Shown here piece by piece: positions 37,371 to 48,388 of a stretch of 64,000 nt of DNA. Within the stretch, counting starts at the first letter, position 1, and the number at the start of each line of letters is the position of its first letter. The stretch is taken from positions 1,178,001 to 1,242,000 of the forward strand of contig NW_027117345.1 in assembly GCF_038025025.1 (NCBI RefSeq). Direction: 5' to 3'. The notes under the pieces were generated by a model, which saw only the letters and a program-made list of their open reading frames with translations, searched no databases and was not told the DNA's origin. The translations under genes were made by a program, and so were the position numbers. Origin of the DNA: Phyllosticta citribraziliensis. Its lineage: Eukaryota.

Positions 37371-38479
37371 AAGATTTCGAGGGCCTCAAGGAGCATCCAA
37401 CACGGGCAAAGGCTCATAACAACCATGCTTCCCCGTCTCGTACTGATGTGGATTCACCCTCCACGGAAAACAACAAACAAAGGGGGAAAATACTAAAGTC
37501 ATTGCCAACTTGGAGACATAGAAAGTGAAGAGGGAGATTTGGTTGCTAGCAGCGGATTCGTCTGGCGTCAGGGAAGGTTCAAAGGCACTCGTTTTGGACA
37601 TACCAATGAATCCATCGTTTCTTGAACATTGCCAGCTTTGACCGAGGGCTCGAGTCATGTCGATTTCAAATCCGAAGGTGAGTTTCCAAGATTGGGCCTT
37701 TCCATATCGAGTCTTATGAATCCTCTTTGGACATCGCACTCTCTGCACCTCGGATAGCCGTGCTTGAGGCCAAAAGCGACAGTCAAGGTACTGGCAGGAG
37801 GCATCAGTGGGCGTGCTGCAGGGGAAAGGGGCAAGAATGCTACCTTCCGCAAAACTCCCAAAGAGGAAGTCGCAAGACTAGTCGTCGGTTTCTTGGACCA
37901 TGCCGGGGTTTCCAGCTCAAACTTGATACTGTACTGTCCAGCCATCATCAACTCCAGAGCCGAATATCGCAGCATCTTACAATGGACAAAGCAGACATTG
38001 CCGACGGCGGGGCCAAGCACCGCATGTGCAACTACTTCCACGGGCAACTCGAGACGTGCTATCATCAGTTCCGGACGTTTGAATTTTGCGTTTCGATTTG
38101 GTCTAAGACCGTCGCTCAGATTGGAGATGACCCGGCATCTATACCATTGTTCCGCAGCTTGGACGCGCACAAGGTGGTCGACTTTGGCTCTGACTTCGAG
38201 GAAAGATTGCTGATGCCTGTGTGATGCCAGACATCGACGTGGGAACTACTTCGATACACGCAGGAGACTCTCGTTGAGCAAATCCAGTCGCTGGCCCCTC
38301 AAGTGCGGCATGACTTTACGCCAGCCTTTATCGAAAGCGCCGAGAATATATTTGGGGAATCCGACCAGACCCGCTGGCCGACGGGCATGCTTTTGACGCG
38401 CCATTTGAGGCAATGGGATATGGAGAGAACGGTGAGAGCAGCACGCGCGACACTGACAGCGCCAATGCCTACGAGTGGA

Positions 38480-38767
38480 TTGCCACTGTCAGTCACTGGT
38501 CAACAACAACACGCCCCAGTGTTTCCACTGCCACTTCCAGCCACTGGTGAACTACACCACGCTCGAGTGTTGCCACTGCCACTGCCAGTCGCTGGTCAAC
38601 AACAACACGCTCCAGCATTGCCACCGCCACTGCCAGTCGCTGGTCAACAACAACACCCTCGAACGTTGCCACTGCCACAGCCAGTCGCTGGTCAGCAACA
38701 ACACGCTCCAGCGTTGCCATCGCTACTGTCAGTCACTGGTCAACACCACCATGTTCCAGCGTTGCCA
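38480..38767 (+). repeat. 48-bp tandem repeat x6 encoding LPLPVAGQQQHAPALP-like units
   Basis: ttgccactgccagtcgctggtcaacaacaacacgctccagc-type units, read directly in ORF 38303-39121. Confidence 0.92.
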
Positions 38768-39514
38768 CCCCCGAGCGGTGTCGAACGCACGATCGAGGGC
38801 CCACCTTCGAAGAGGCAGAAGACCGAGAGAGGAGAGGGAGAGAGCGAAAGCGCCTTGCCAAGCATAGTTGTGAGCCCACCAGGAGAGCACCGCGCTTCTC
38901 TCCTGCCGCCGCTAGACAATCCGATGATCCCGACCAGCCAGCTGCCCCAATGGAAGTTGGAACCGGATTCAAACGAAAATGAAGCGCCGAGAACTTCGGG
39001 ATTCGGTGACTCGACTGCACAGCAACAGCAAACGAGAATCAAGACTGAGCCGGATACAGAGACGACTGAGGCGCAGACCGGCTCGGGGCGCAAGGACTCG
39101 CTTTATCCGAGGCAACAGTAAACGGGAATCAAGAGTGAGCCTGAAATGGATCGACCTTGGGAGATGCAGGGCCCCGGTTTTGGCAGCGTATGAGGAGTGG
39201 GTGTATTAGGGACCGAGAGATTGCGCGTGCTGTGGAGGTGCGAGCAAGCATCGAAACACGTTTTTGGAGTCATTCTTTGGGTTGACAGCAATTGCGAATT
39301 CCCTCACTCAAAAAATAGGCCCGCTATGGGAGCTGAGCAGGGCCTTCAATCAAAAGCCAATCAAATTTTTGGGTTAATCGAAATCGGACTCGTGCATTGA
39401 ACTTTGGTAGCGGTAGGGACTGTGCTTGAAGCGCCTTGCGCAGGCTTAGAAGTCTTCGCTTACAATGAGGGGAGAGGGGAGAAGAGGCATCACTTCGAAG
39501 GGTCAGTCAGCACT

Positions 39515-41203
39515 TCAAGCGCGACAGCACCAGCGCAGGATTCTTTGACGTCGGGATCCTGGCGTCGGGTATTCGTCTTTCTCAGACATCGCCCGCGACG
39601 CGCACGCGACCGTGGACTCGTCCTCACCGGACTCGTTGGCTGGAGGGGACAGTGACTCTGCGCCGTCGTACTTGACAGACTTCTTGTCCCGATACTCCCG
39701 ACTCAAGAATTCCAAGAAGATGTCCACGTCCTCCAGAGTGCTCATGGCCCCGAGACTGACCCTCACGGCACCCAGCGGCTTGCCTTTGTACACGCCCGCT
39801 GGGAGGTCACAACGCATCCCCGACTGAAACATGGCCCTGATTTCGGCCGCACTCCATCCAAGGTGCTGGGCCACGCCGCCCGGATTGCACAGGCGGCCGC
39901 TGCGCAGGTAGATGCGATTCTTGTCGGCGGTCTTTTCGACCTCGAAGGGTGCTACGGGACTGCCGTCGGGGTAAAGGATGTTGAAGGCAATGGTGGCGCC
40001 CTGGATATTTGCATCTCCATAGACGGTCGTGTCGTTGTTGTAAACTTGGACGAGCGGTCTTCCATTTGTGTGGCGGAAACCCACCATGCCCTCCCAGAGG
40101 TGCTTGGTTAGCGCAGCAGTGTGCTGGGAGACGCAAGTCATATTGGTGAAGAGCTGATTGAAGATTTTGATGGCGTGGCCAAGGGCAACGATGGACAGGT
40201 ACGCCGGCGTGCCGTCTTCGAGGGCAGAATGATAGTCGGTCTTCTTCTTGGAGTGCAGCGGCGACGCTTCCAGAGCTGTCACGACTTCGACAGTGCCGCC
40301 TCCAAAATAGCGGCGATGTTGGATGAGCTCGGAAACTTCGGGAGACTTGCGGATGATGAGCGCCCCCAGATGAGGGAAGCCAAAGATCTTGTAGAAGCTG
40401 AGACAAGTAAAGTCGGGCGCTGTGCTGGGATCGCTGAGATCGAGGCAGCCGGTCGTCGCAAAAGCGGCAGCATCCAAGAGGGTAAATGTGCCGCGAGTAT
40501 GGCTCGACTTTCGCACATCGCCGGTCCACCTAAGGGGCAGCCTGCGGCCGGTCATGTTGGACTGGGCACAGTATGCAAAGAGCTGAGCCGCCTTCTTCTT
40601 TCGAGCAAAATGCTTACCGGCGATCCAGTCTTCAACTTCTTGGTCCCCAGCAAAGCAGTGATGGCCGGCTTCGGCAACCTCGCGGACTCCGGCGATGGAG
40701 GTATGTACGTCCATGTGATAGAAGTATCTGAATCCAGATCTTCTCCATGGTGCGATTGCTTTTGAATGCTCCGAGTGGTCTCTGAAGAGATCCGAGACAA
40801 GTTTCACGGCGGCCGTGGCATTTGCAACGAACACCAGATCGAAGTGTTCAGGATCGGCCTTGAAGAATCGAAGCGTCCCCTCGCGCACGCGGTCCACTTT
40901 TTCTCCAGAAAGGGTCGACGGGGTGGAGCCTGAGTGAGGGTTTCCGTACAGATTTGAGACAAGGTCGCGCGCAAAATGTTCCATGAGAGATTTTGCATGT
41001 TGCTAAATGATGCATTAGCTGTGGTCGTCTTTGACAGAGAGACCTTTTGCTCACGGTCGATCCTCCGTGGTCGAGGTATATCCCATCTACTCATTTCAGT
41101 ACCATCCGCGGCTTGAAGCGATGGAGTCCTTACCACGCATCATGGGATATTCGTCCAATCGAATTTTCTCAACAGGGTCGTTGTACTGTGATTTCAACTC
41201 CAT
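39515..41203 (-). CDS. Molybdenum cofactor sulfurase-like PLP enzyme (NifS-like class V aminotransferase domain only, no MOSC domain); introns 41087-41133, 41003-41054
   Basis: Spliced N-terminus MELKSQYNDPVEKIRLDEYPMMRDGIYLDHGGSTQHAKSLMEHF..LYGNPHS. Motifs FVANATAA, LLDAAAF, SFYKIFGFP (PLP lysine), LEDGT, RSGRLCNPGG (catalytic Cys), GAVRVSLGAMST. Confidence 0.88.
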
Positions 41204-42937
41204 GTTGTCCAAGGAGGCTCGATGTCAAAAAGAGACAAGATCAGAAATGGAGCATAGTATGGAGAAACGAGGTATCTCAATAGCATATGCGATCTCGGGA
41301 CGTTTGAGCGGCTTGGGCAAGGCTTTATTGGCAAGCCGTCCCGCATATTCCGAGGGCCAAATTGGCAGAGCCATGAAGACGCTGGCAGCGACTGTGGCTG
41401 ATCGACGCCATAGCAGCAGCTTTCTTGGGGTCAGAAGCATGACTAGCTGCCATGCTCAACCAACGGTTGAAATGTCCAAAAGCTGAATACCGTGCAACAA
41501 CCAACATGGCCTCCACGTGCCTGCGGTCCAAGTGCGGTGCAAGATGGCGAAATGGTCCAATCAGGCATGTCGGTGTCTGCGGCTGAGCAGATGGAGCGAG
41601 CAGGCCAGATTACGTGGCCTAAAGTGGAATTGATAAGGCTGTTGCTGTGGCAGGTGATGAAGTGGAGGGAGTGTGCGGTGGTGCAGTGTCTGTCGTTGGG
41701 TTGCAAGCCGGGAATCAAACGGCGGACCGGACGCTCGGGCCACGTCCCGTTCGGCGACCTGGTAGCGCACGCCGACTCGGCGTCCTCTCTTCCTTTCGCC
41801 CCAGGAATCCTTTCCTTCCATTCCTCCCGCCTCCGCCCCCGACATTCCGTGCGTGCCAACTCCTTGCAACGACCGCACATCGCTATCCTTTGTTCAAAGA
41901 CGCCGAACTCAGCCTCAATGTTGACCCGACTCGAATCATGATGCTCCCCACCGAGACCCTCTCTGCTCCCTGCTGCCTAGCCACCAAGTGATTCTGCTCA
42001 TCAGCCCTGTCCAGAACTAGGCCGGCAAACGCGCCTCACCACCAAGCTGAAAGTTATTCTGGAAGCCGAAACACACTTGATTCGGTAAATGCTGCCACAT
42101 ACGGCGGGTAGGCGACGGGGACAAAAGTTCAACCGTCAGGGCTTTCGAGTCTCTGTTCGACCGCTTCAAGCCACCGATTACTCAAAGTGCCTGGGCGCGA
42201 CTACGATGATGACCGGTCCCATCCAGGCTTTGACAGATCAGGCATTTGCGCCTTGTACTTCCCCTTCTTTTTCGTCCTGAGACACGGCTGGCTGTCCTCC
42301 AGGGTTTCGTTGGTTATCGCGAATTCTGTCTTCATGCTTCGCTCCTGAGCTCTCATACTCCTCGGATCAGTGGACGCCGACACTGCGAGCGAACAAAGTC
42401 GGCGTCATGGGTGGTGGTTGGTGACCTTGCAAGCCAATTCTGGCGGCTTCAATCACACGAACAACGTCGGACCAGTTTCATGGCCACGCGTTTTGCTGGG
42501 CTCCTGTTGTGAAGACACGCCCGAAAGGGCAAGTGGGTCAAGATTACCGAGCGAGCAACCCTGTCATTCTGGGGAGATCTCTCTTATCTTGACCTGGGGT
42601 ACGAGTGGTGCTCCTTTGGGGCCAAAATGGTCGCCGACCTTTGCCCACGACACCCAACGCCATCAGCCACCCGCGCTACTCAGACCCATCAAGGGATGGC
42701 CCACCACGGCATCGGCGGTGAATGCCTCAAAATGAAGGAAGCTGTTAAAACGTGGTGGGGGCCACATCAATTGCACTTGTTTTCCAGCCATCATCCACAT
42801 CCACCGTCTTCCCTCACGCTTCCCGACGTCTTTCTATCGTGCTTCAAGACGAGATTCCAACGAACTCATAAGCGGTCTCCTGGTGAGATCTTGCCTCGAA
42901 GAAGCGCAAAAGTCATCCCGTTCCTCTTGTTTACGAA

Positions 42938-45211
42938 ATGGCCGAGAGCAGTTTCAATTGGGCCAAAAGCGACAACGGCATGCCGTCGCCAGTCAACGAC
43001 GTTGAAAAAGCCTCCCTCGGAGACTATGCGCATCTCAATAATGACACTGTCCATAGCTACAGCTGGGAAAATGTCAAAGTGACAGTCAAGGACCGCGAGA
43101 CGAAACAGCCCAAAGACATATTGTCCAATGTCACTGGCTTTGTTCAGGCCGGTGAAATCATTGCGCTGATGGGACCAAGGTACTCGCCACCTGCATGAGT
43201 TGGCCGAAATATGCTAACGATTTTCAAAGCGGCTCTGGCAAAACGACGCTCCTCAATGTCCTCGCCCAGAGAGATGCTACTTCCAATGCCCAGGTGGAAA
43301 AGTCTCTTCGTGTCAACGGAAGCACTACATCGTACCAGAATTTTCGCAAAATATCCTCCTTTGTCGAGCAAGAGGACGCTCTCTTGGGTGCCCTCACAGT
43401 CGAAGAAACGCTGTATTTCTCCGCTAGGCTGGCCCTGCCAAGGTAAGCGCCTTGAATCCAAGATTCCACAACATCAGATAACACAGGGCCTAGAACGATC
43501 CCCAAGGCTGAGCGCATCGCCTGGATCGAAGGGCTGATCTCCGCCTTCGGTCTCCGTCGTCAGGCGCGTGATCTCATTGGGACCCCGATTCGCAAAGGAA
43601 TCAGCGGAGGTCAGAAGCGAAGAGTCTCTGTGGCAAGTCAGTTGATCACAAGCCCAAAGATTCTCTTCCTTGATGAGCCCACGAGCGGCCTTGATAGCGC
43701 TGCAAGCCACGAAGTCATGTCATTCATTCGAGACGTCGCAAAGAACAACAAAGTAAGTCACATTCCTGCAGTGTGTGTCGAAAAGATGTGAGACTCTGGG
43801 TCAGGGGAGCTGCATTGGGGAACGAATGCTCCCTATGCGCAACCGTAATAGCGGAAGACAGTCTCTGGTGTAGCTGGCAGTGAATGCCTGAGAGGTCTCA
43901 TTTCTGACGACACCCACCTGCGCCCTAACATCGCATTGCCTTAAGCTGACATGGTCTCAGTTGCTTGTCATCGCATCCATCCACCAGCCATCCACCGCCA
44001 CGTTCGAGCTCTTTGACAAATTGCTTCTTCTTTCCCAGGGTCGCACCGTGTACAATGGGCTGGTTTCCGGTGTGACCCAATACTTTGCTGACCTGGGTTA
44101 CCCAACGCCAATGTACATGAATCCTGCGGAATACATCATCGACCTCGTCAACACGGACTTTATCCAGAACCAGGATGAGGCTCAGAGGAGACTTGAGCAT
44201 CTCCAAAGCAGCTGGAAAAAGTCGGAGCAATATGAGGCCATCAGCAAGGAAATCTCAGAGACAAGTTCGCACCGCTCTTCCCGAGATGCCGGCGTGCCGC
44301 AAGAAAAAGCGAACTCCTTGATGATCCCTCTTACCTTGATCCACCGCTCGTTGATCAAGAGCTATAGGGACGTCGTGGCCTATGGGATTCGCATTGGGAT
44401 GTACGTGTGCCTGGCGATCTTGATGGGCACAGTTTGGCTCAGGCTGAAGCCGGACCAGAACAACATTCAAGCCTTCACCAACGCCATATTTTTCGGGGGT
44501 GCCTTCATGTCATTCATGGCCGTTGCGTATATCCCATCCTTCTTGGAGGACCGGTCTCTCTTCATCAAGGAACGCGCCAATGGATTGTACGGTCCGCTCT
44601 CCTTTATGGTCGCAAACTTCATCATTGGAATACCCTTTCTTTGTAAGGACTTTGGCTCTTAATGCTTGCTGACTCGCTGACATTACGTAGTCCTCATCAC
44701 GATCCTCTTCTCCGTCATATCCTACTGGCTCACCAACTTCAATCCCACTGGCGGTAGTTTTTGGAACTGGGTCTTGTTTCTCTTCCTCGACCTTCTCGCC
44801 GCCGAGTCTCTCGTCGTTCTCGTCTCCAGTGCGGCACCAGTCTTCGTCATCGCTCTTGCCGTGACGGCCTTTGCCAACGGCCTCTGGATGAGCGTGGGAG
44901 GCTTCATGGTAGCACCGAAGGACCTCAACGTCTTTTGGCGCTACTGGGCGCACTACTCGGACTACCAGAGCTGGGTTTTCCAGGGAATGATGGTTGGCGA
45001 GTTCAAAGATCGCACATACTCCTGCGGAAACGGTTGCCGATGCATGTTCTCGAGTCCGCTTGAGCAGCAGTGCCAGGTTGCAGGAACAGCCGTGCTGCAG
45101 CAGTATGGGTATGGTAATGACGAGAGGGGCATGTGGGTGGGCATCTTGATTTCGATTGTGATTGCTTACAGGCTGATTGGGTTGGCGATCATGTATGTGA
45201 AGAAGAAGTGA
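42938..45211 (+). CDS. ABCG (White-like) half-size ABC transporter; 5 exons (introns 43180-43229, 43443-43493, 43753-43960, 44643-44690)
   Basis: Walker A ALMGPSGSGKTTLLN (spliced), Q-loop FVEQED, signature ISGGQKRR, Walker B ILFLDEPTSGLD, H-loop IASIHQP, then an ABC2 membrane domain (FIKERANGLY). Confidence 0.93.
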
Positions 45212-45781
45212 GGGCGAGAGAAAGGTAGACACGGCTTGGGAAAGACTTTTGTGTTCTCTGTTACCCTTCCAGTCTTTGGTTGGTCATTTTCCCTCCCTCA
45301 TTTTGGTACTGGAAACGAGCAAAAGGCGTTGGAGAAATTGTCCAAGTCCTGGCGAACTTCAGAGCGTGCGTTACAGCTGAGACAATCATTTTGCAAACCG
45401 ATAAAGAAAACAAAATCTACCGTGGCTGTCGTCACGAACCAACCCGGGAGCGTGCGGAATCAGTATTCCCGGGATGAGATGTTGCCTATTACGGCTGGGA
45501 GGGTTGCGAGGGGAGCTTGTGATTGGTGTCGGCATCCCCACATCTCAGAGTAGCGCAAGGACCCCGAACCTCGGTTTTTGCGGGGGAGGAGACGAGACCC
45601 ACGAAGGAAGTCAACCGCTTACCCGCCGTCCTTGCTCCCCTCCGCTCCAGTGACCCCATTCTTGGTCGTCAACGTCAGCTCTGCTCGGCGCTCGTCCATT
45701 CGCCTTCTCCTCCCCTCCCATCCGTACCTCTCGATCTCTGCCAACCCATTGAGAGCCGTCCCAGCCTTGTCCACGACCACA

Positions 45782-47685
45782 ATGACCTCGATTCGCGTCG
45801 CACCCACGCGCGCCGCTCGCGCTCTGTCGCTGCTCCGCACCATCCAATACTCGCACCCGCCCTCGTGCCCCTGCCACGCCAACCCGTCGCACCACCACCA
45901 CTCGCCGGGCTCGGCCCACGGCCTGCTGTCGTCGCTCAATGCATCTCCCGCGCGCACCTCGCACCGGCGCAACTTTGCCACGCCCATCGATGCCTCGCAG
46001 CAGAAGGAATACGCGTTTGAGATGGCTGCCAGCTCGATACGCTTCGGGCCCGGCTGTACAAAGGAGGTTGGAATGGACGTCAAGAACTTGGGCGCCAAGA
46101 AGGTCATGGTTGTTACCGATGCCAACGTTAGCAAGTTGGATGCTATGAAGCAGGTGAGGGAGGGGCTGGAAAGGGAGGGCGTTAGGTTTGAGGTGTTTGA
46201 GGGCGTGAGGGTGGAGCCCAAGGATAGCTCGTGAGTCCTAAATCTCCCATTTCTTTCCCTTTCTGTCAATTCTGGCGGGCGTTGAAATACCCTTGATTTG
46301 GAGTGGTGTAGGAGAAGAATTGTTGAAAGAACACGTTCCCTGAGAGTGGAATTCTGCCGACGATATGGTATGGGAGGTGTTGTACGGTGGGTGTTTCGTC
46401 ATGACGAGTCGAGTTGAGTCTGTCAACTTGTGAACCTGGGATTTCTGAGGATGCGTCGTCTGATTTTCTGAAGCCATTGCAGCAAATTGCACACAGTTTT
46501 CAAGAGCTTCCATATCTCCGCTTGTGAACCTGGTTGAAATGCGGCCGCTGACTCTTCTCAGCATCCGGGAAGCCATTGACTTTGCAAAGCCCCATCAACC
46601 AGATGCCTTTGTGGCTGTGGGAGGTGGGTCCGTGATAGACACAGCCAAGCTGATGAATCTCTACATCTCTTTCCCCGGTAAGTCAGCTCGTCTCAACAGA
46701 AATCAGCAACATCTGACAGACTTATCGAGACGCCGACTTCCTGGACTTTGTAAATGCACCTCTCGGAAAGGGCCTCCCAATTACATCGAAACTCAAACCT
46801 TTGATCGCCGTCCCCACGACCGCAGGCACTGGCTCGGAGACCACCGGCACAGCCATCTTTGATCTGGTGTCGAAAAAGTCAAAAACGGGCATTGCACACC
46901 GGAACTTGAAGCCCACGCTCGGCATTTGCGACCCACTCAACACGCGTACCATGCCGTCTGCCGTACACGCGTCGTCCGGGCTCGACGTGCTCTGCCACAG
47001 CCTGGAATCGTGGACGGCGATTCCATACTACGAGCGGACGCCGCGGCCAACGAACCCGATCAACCGGCCTGCCTACCAAGGCGCCAACCCCATCAGCGAC
47101 ATCTTCAGCCTGCAAGCCTTGCGCAGCACAGTAAAGTACCTGCCGCGGGCCGTGCGGGACCCAGACGACTACGAAGCGCAAGAGCAGATGCTGCTCGCGG
47201 CGACGCTGGCGGGCGTAGGCTTCGGCAACGCGGGCGTCCACCTCTGCCACGGCATGTCGTACCCCATTTCGTCGCAGAATCCGGGATACAAGCACGCGGG
47301 CTACGCCGTGGGCGGCAGCCCTATCATCCCGCACGGCGTGTCCGTCGCCGTGACGGCGCCCGCCGTCTTCAAGTTTACCGGCGCCAGCAACCCGGAACGC
47401 CACCTCGCCGCCGCCGAGGCGTTCGGCGTCGACGTCTCGTCAGTCAAGAAGGAGAGCGCGGGCGAGGTCTTGTCCGAGGCGCTGGCAGAATTTTTGGCCA
47501 AGTTGGGTGATCAGCCGCGCGGTCTCAAGCACCTGGGCTTTTCTCGCGGTGATGTGGATGCGCTTGTCGAGGGTACCATTCCTCAGAAGCGCGTCTTGAT
47601 CCTGGCGCCTGAGTTGGAGGTCGATGCCGTCGAGACGGAGAGGGAGCAGCTGCGCACTCTGTTTGAAGATGCGATGGAGTACTAG
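45782..47685 (+). CDS. Mitochondrial hydroxyacid-oxoacid transhydrogenase (ADHFE1/HOT-like, iron-containing ADH family); introns 46231-46561, 46678-46729
   Basis: Arg-rich presequence with HPPSCPCH, then KEYAFEMAASSIRFGPG, VGGGSVIDTAK, IAVPTTAGTGSETTG, GLDVLCHSLES, GFGNAGVHLCHGMSYPI, PHGVSVA. Confidence 0.93.
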
Positions 47686-48369
47686 GAGGAAAAGCATTTG
47701 ACTTAGCCATCTACCCACCTACCTGTCAATACATGGACTCGACGTTTGCAGCCGCAGAAAGCGTCTTCTCTGGCCGCTTTCATTCTCCTGCTTTGCTCGT
47801 GTCTTCCGCAAGCGGTGGATGCGTGTTGGGTTTTCTCAGTGCCAAACAGAGCTCCTCCAGCGAGGAGAGCACGCATGTGATTCGATGTCATGCTATGAAG
47901 AACGACACTCCCTTGACACATACCCCTAGGCACCCTTTCTCTCCCCCTCGCTCCCTTCCCCCGTTATCTCCCCTGTGAGCAAGCCGACTGTAAGCGAGCA
48001 CACAAGCCCCGACTTCGTAGATATGAGCCTCATCAATCCTAGGGAGAAACCGGAACGCAAGCGCGCCGGTGGGATCCAAGCGCTGCACATCGTCTGCACC
48101 TTTTTTCCATTTTCCTTTTTTTCAGGGTCCGGGTAGGTGCAGAAGACATGACGTGCGAGACGAGACATTTGTTTTGGCCGTGAGCTGCAACGGGAGGTGG
48201 AGGGTGGGTCGCTGGCTATGCGGATTGACGCGGGAGTCTGAGAGTCTGAGCGTCTCCACCATGCACCTACTCCTATCCGTGCTCCACAGCTGGAGCTAGA
48301 TTTTGAACATTATTGTCTCTGTGCTCGCAAAGAGCGTGTGCCTTTCACATGTCTGAGAGCGGGCTATTG

Positions 48370-48388
48370 AAAAAAAAAAAAAAAAAAA
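48370..48388. repeat. Poly(A) tract (19 nt)
   Basis: Uninterrupted A run in intergenic DNA. Confidence 0.9.

Larger units (their letters stand above)
36142..39193 (+). pseudogene. Large fragmented orphan gene with internal repeats (introns 36388-36443 and about 37060-37116; premature stops at 38222-38224 and 39119-39121; frameshifts around 37490-37980)
   Basis: Intron 36388-36443 joins ORF 36142 to ORF 36470 in frame. ORFs 37727-38224 and 38303-39121 share a frame separated only by one TGA. The TAA at 39119 aligns with CAA in an internal duplicate (QQQTRIKTEP vs QQ*TGIKSEP). Confidence 0.6.

Noticed and set aside
43802..43935. TPP riboswitch-like words (GGGGAGC...CTGAGAG...ACCC.ACCTG) in the ABC transporter intron
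   Set aside because: No P5 stem with TAAT loop and no GCG-AGG 3' segment; the host gene is unrelated to thiamine.
48370..48388. Poly(A) as a retroelement or processed-pseudogene tail
   Set aside because: No adjacent RT remnant or target-site duplication is visible.
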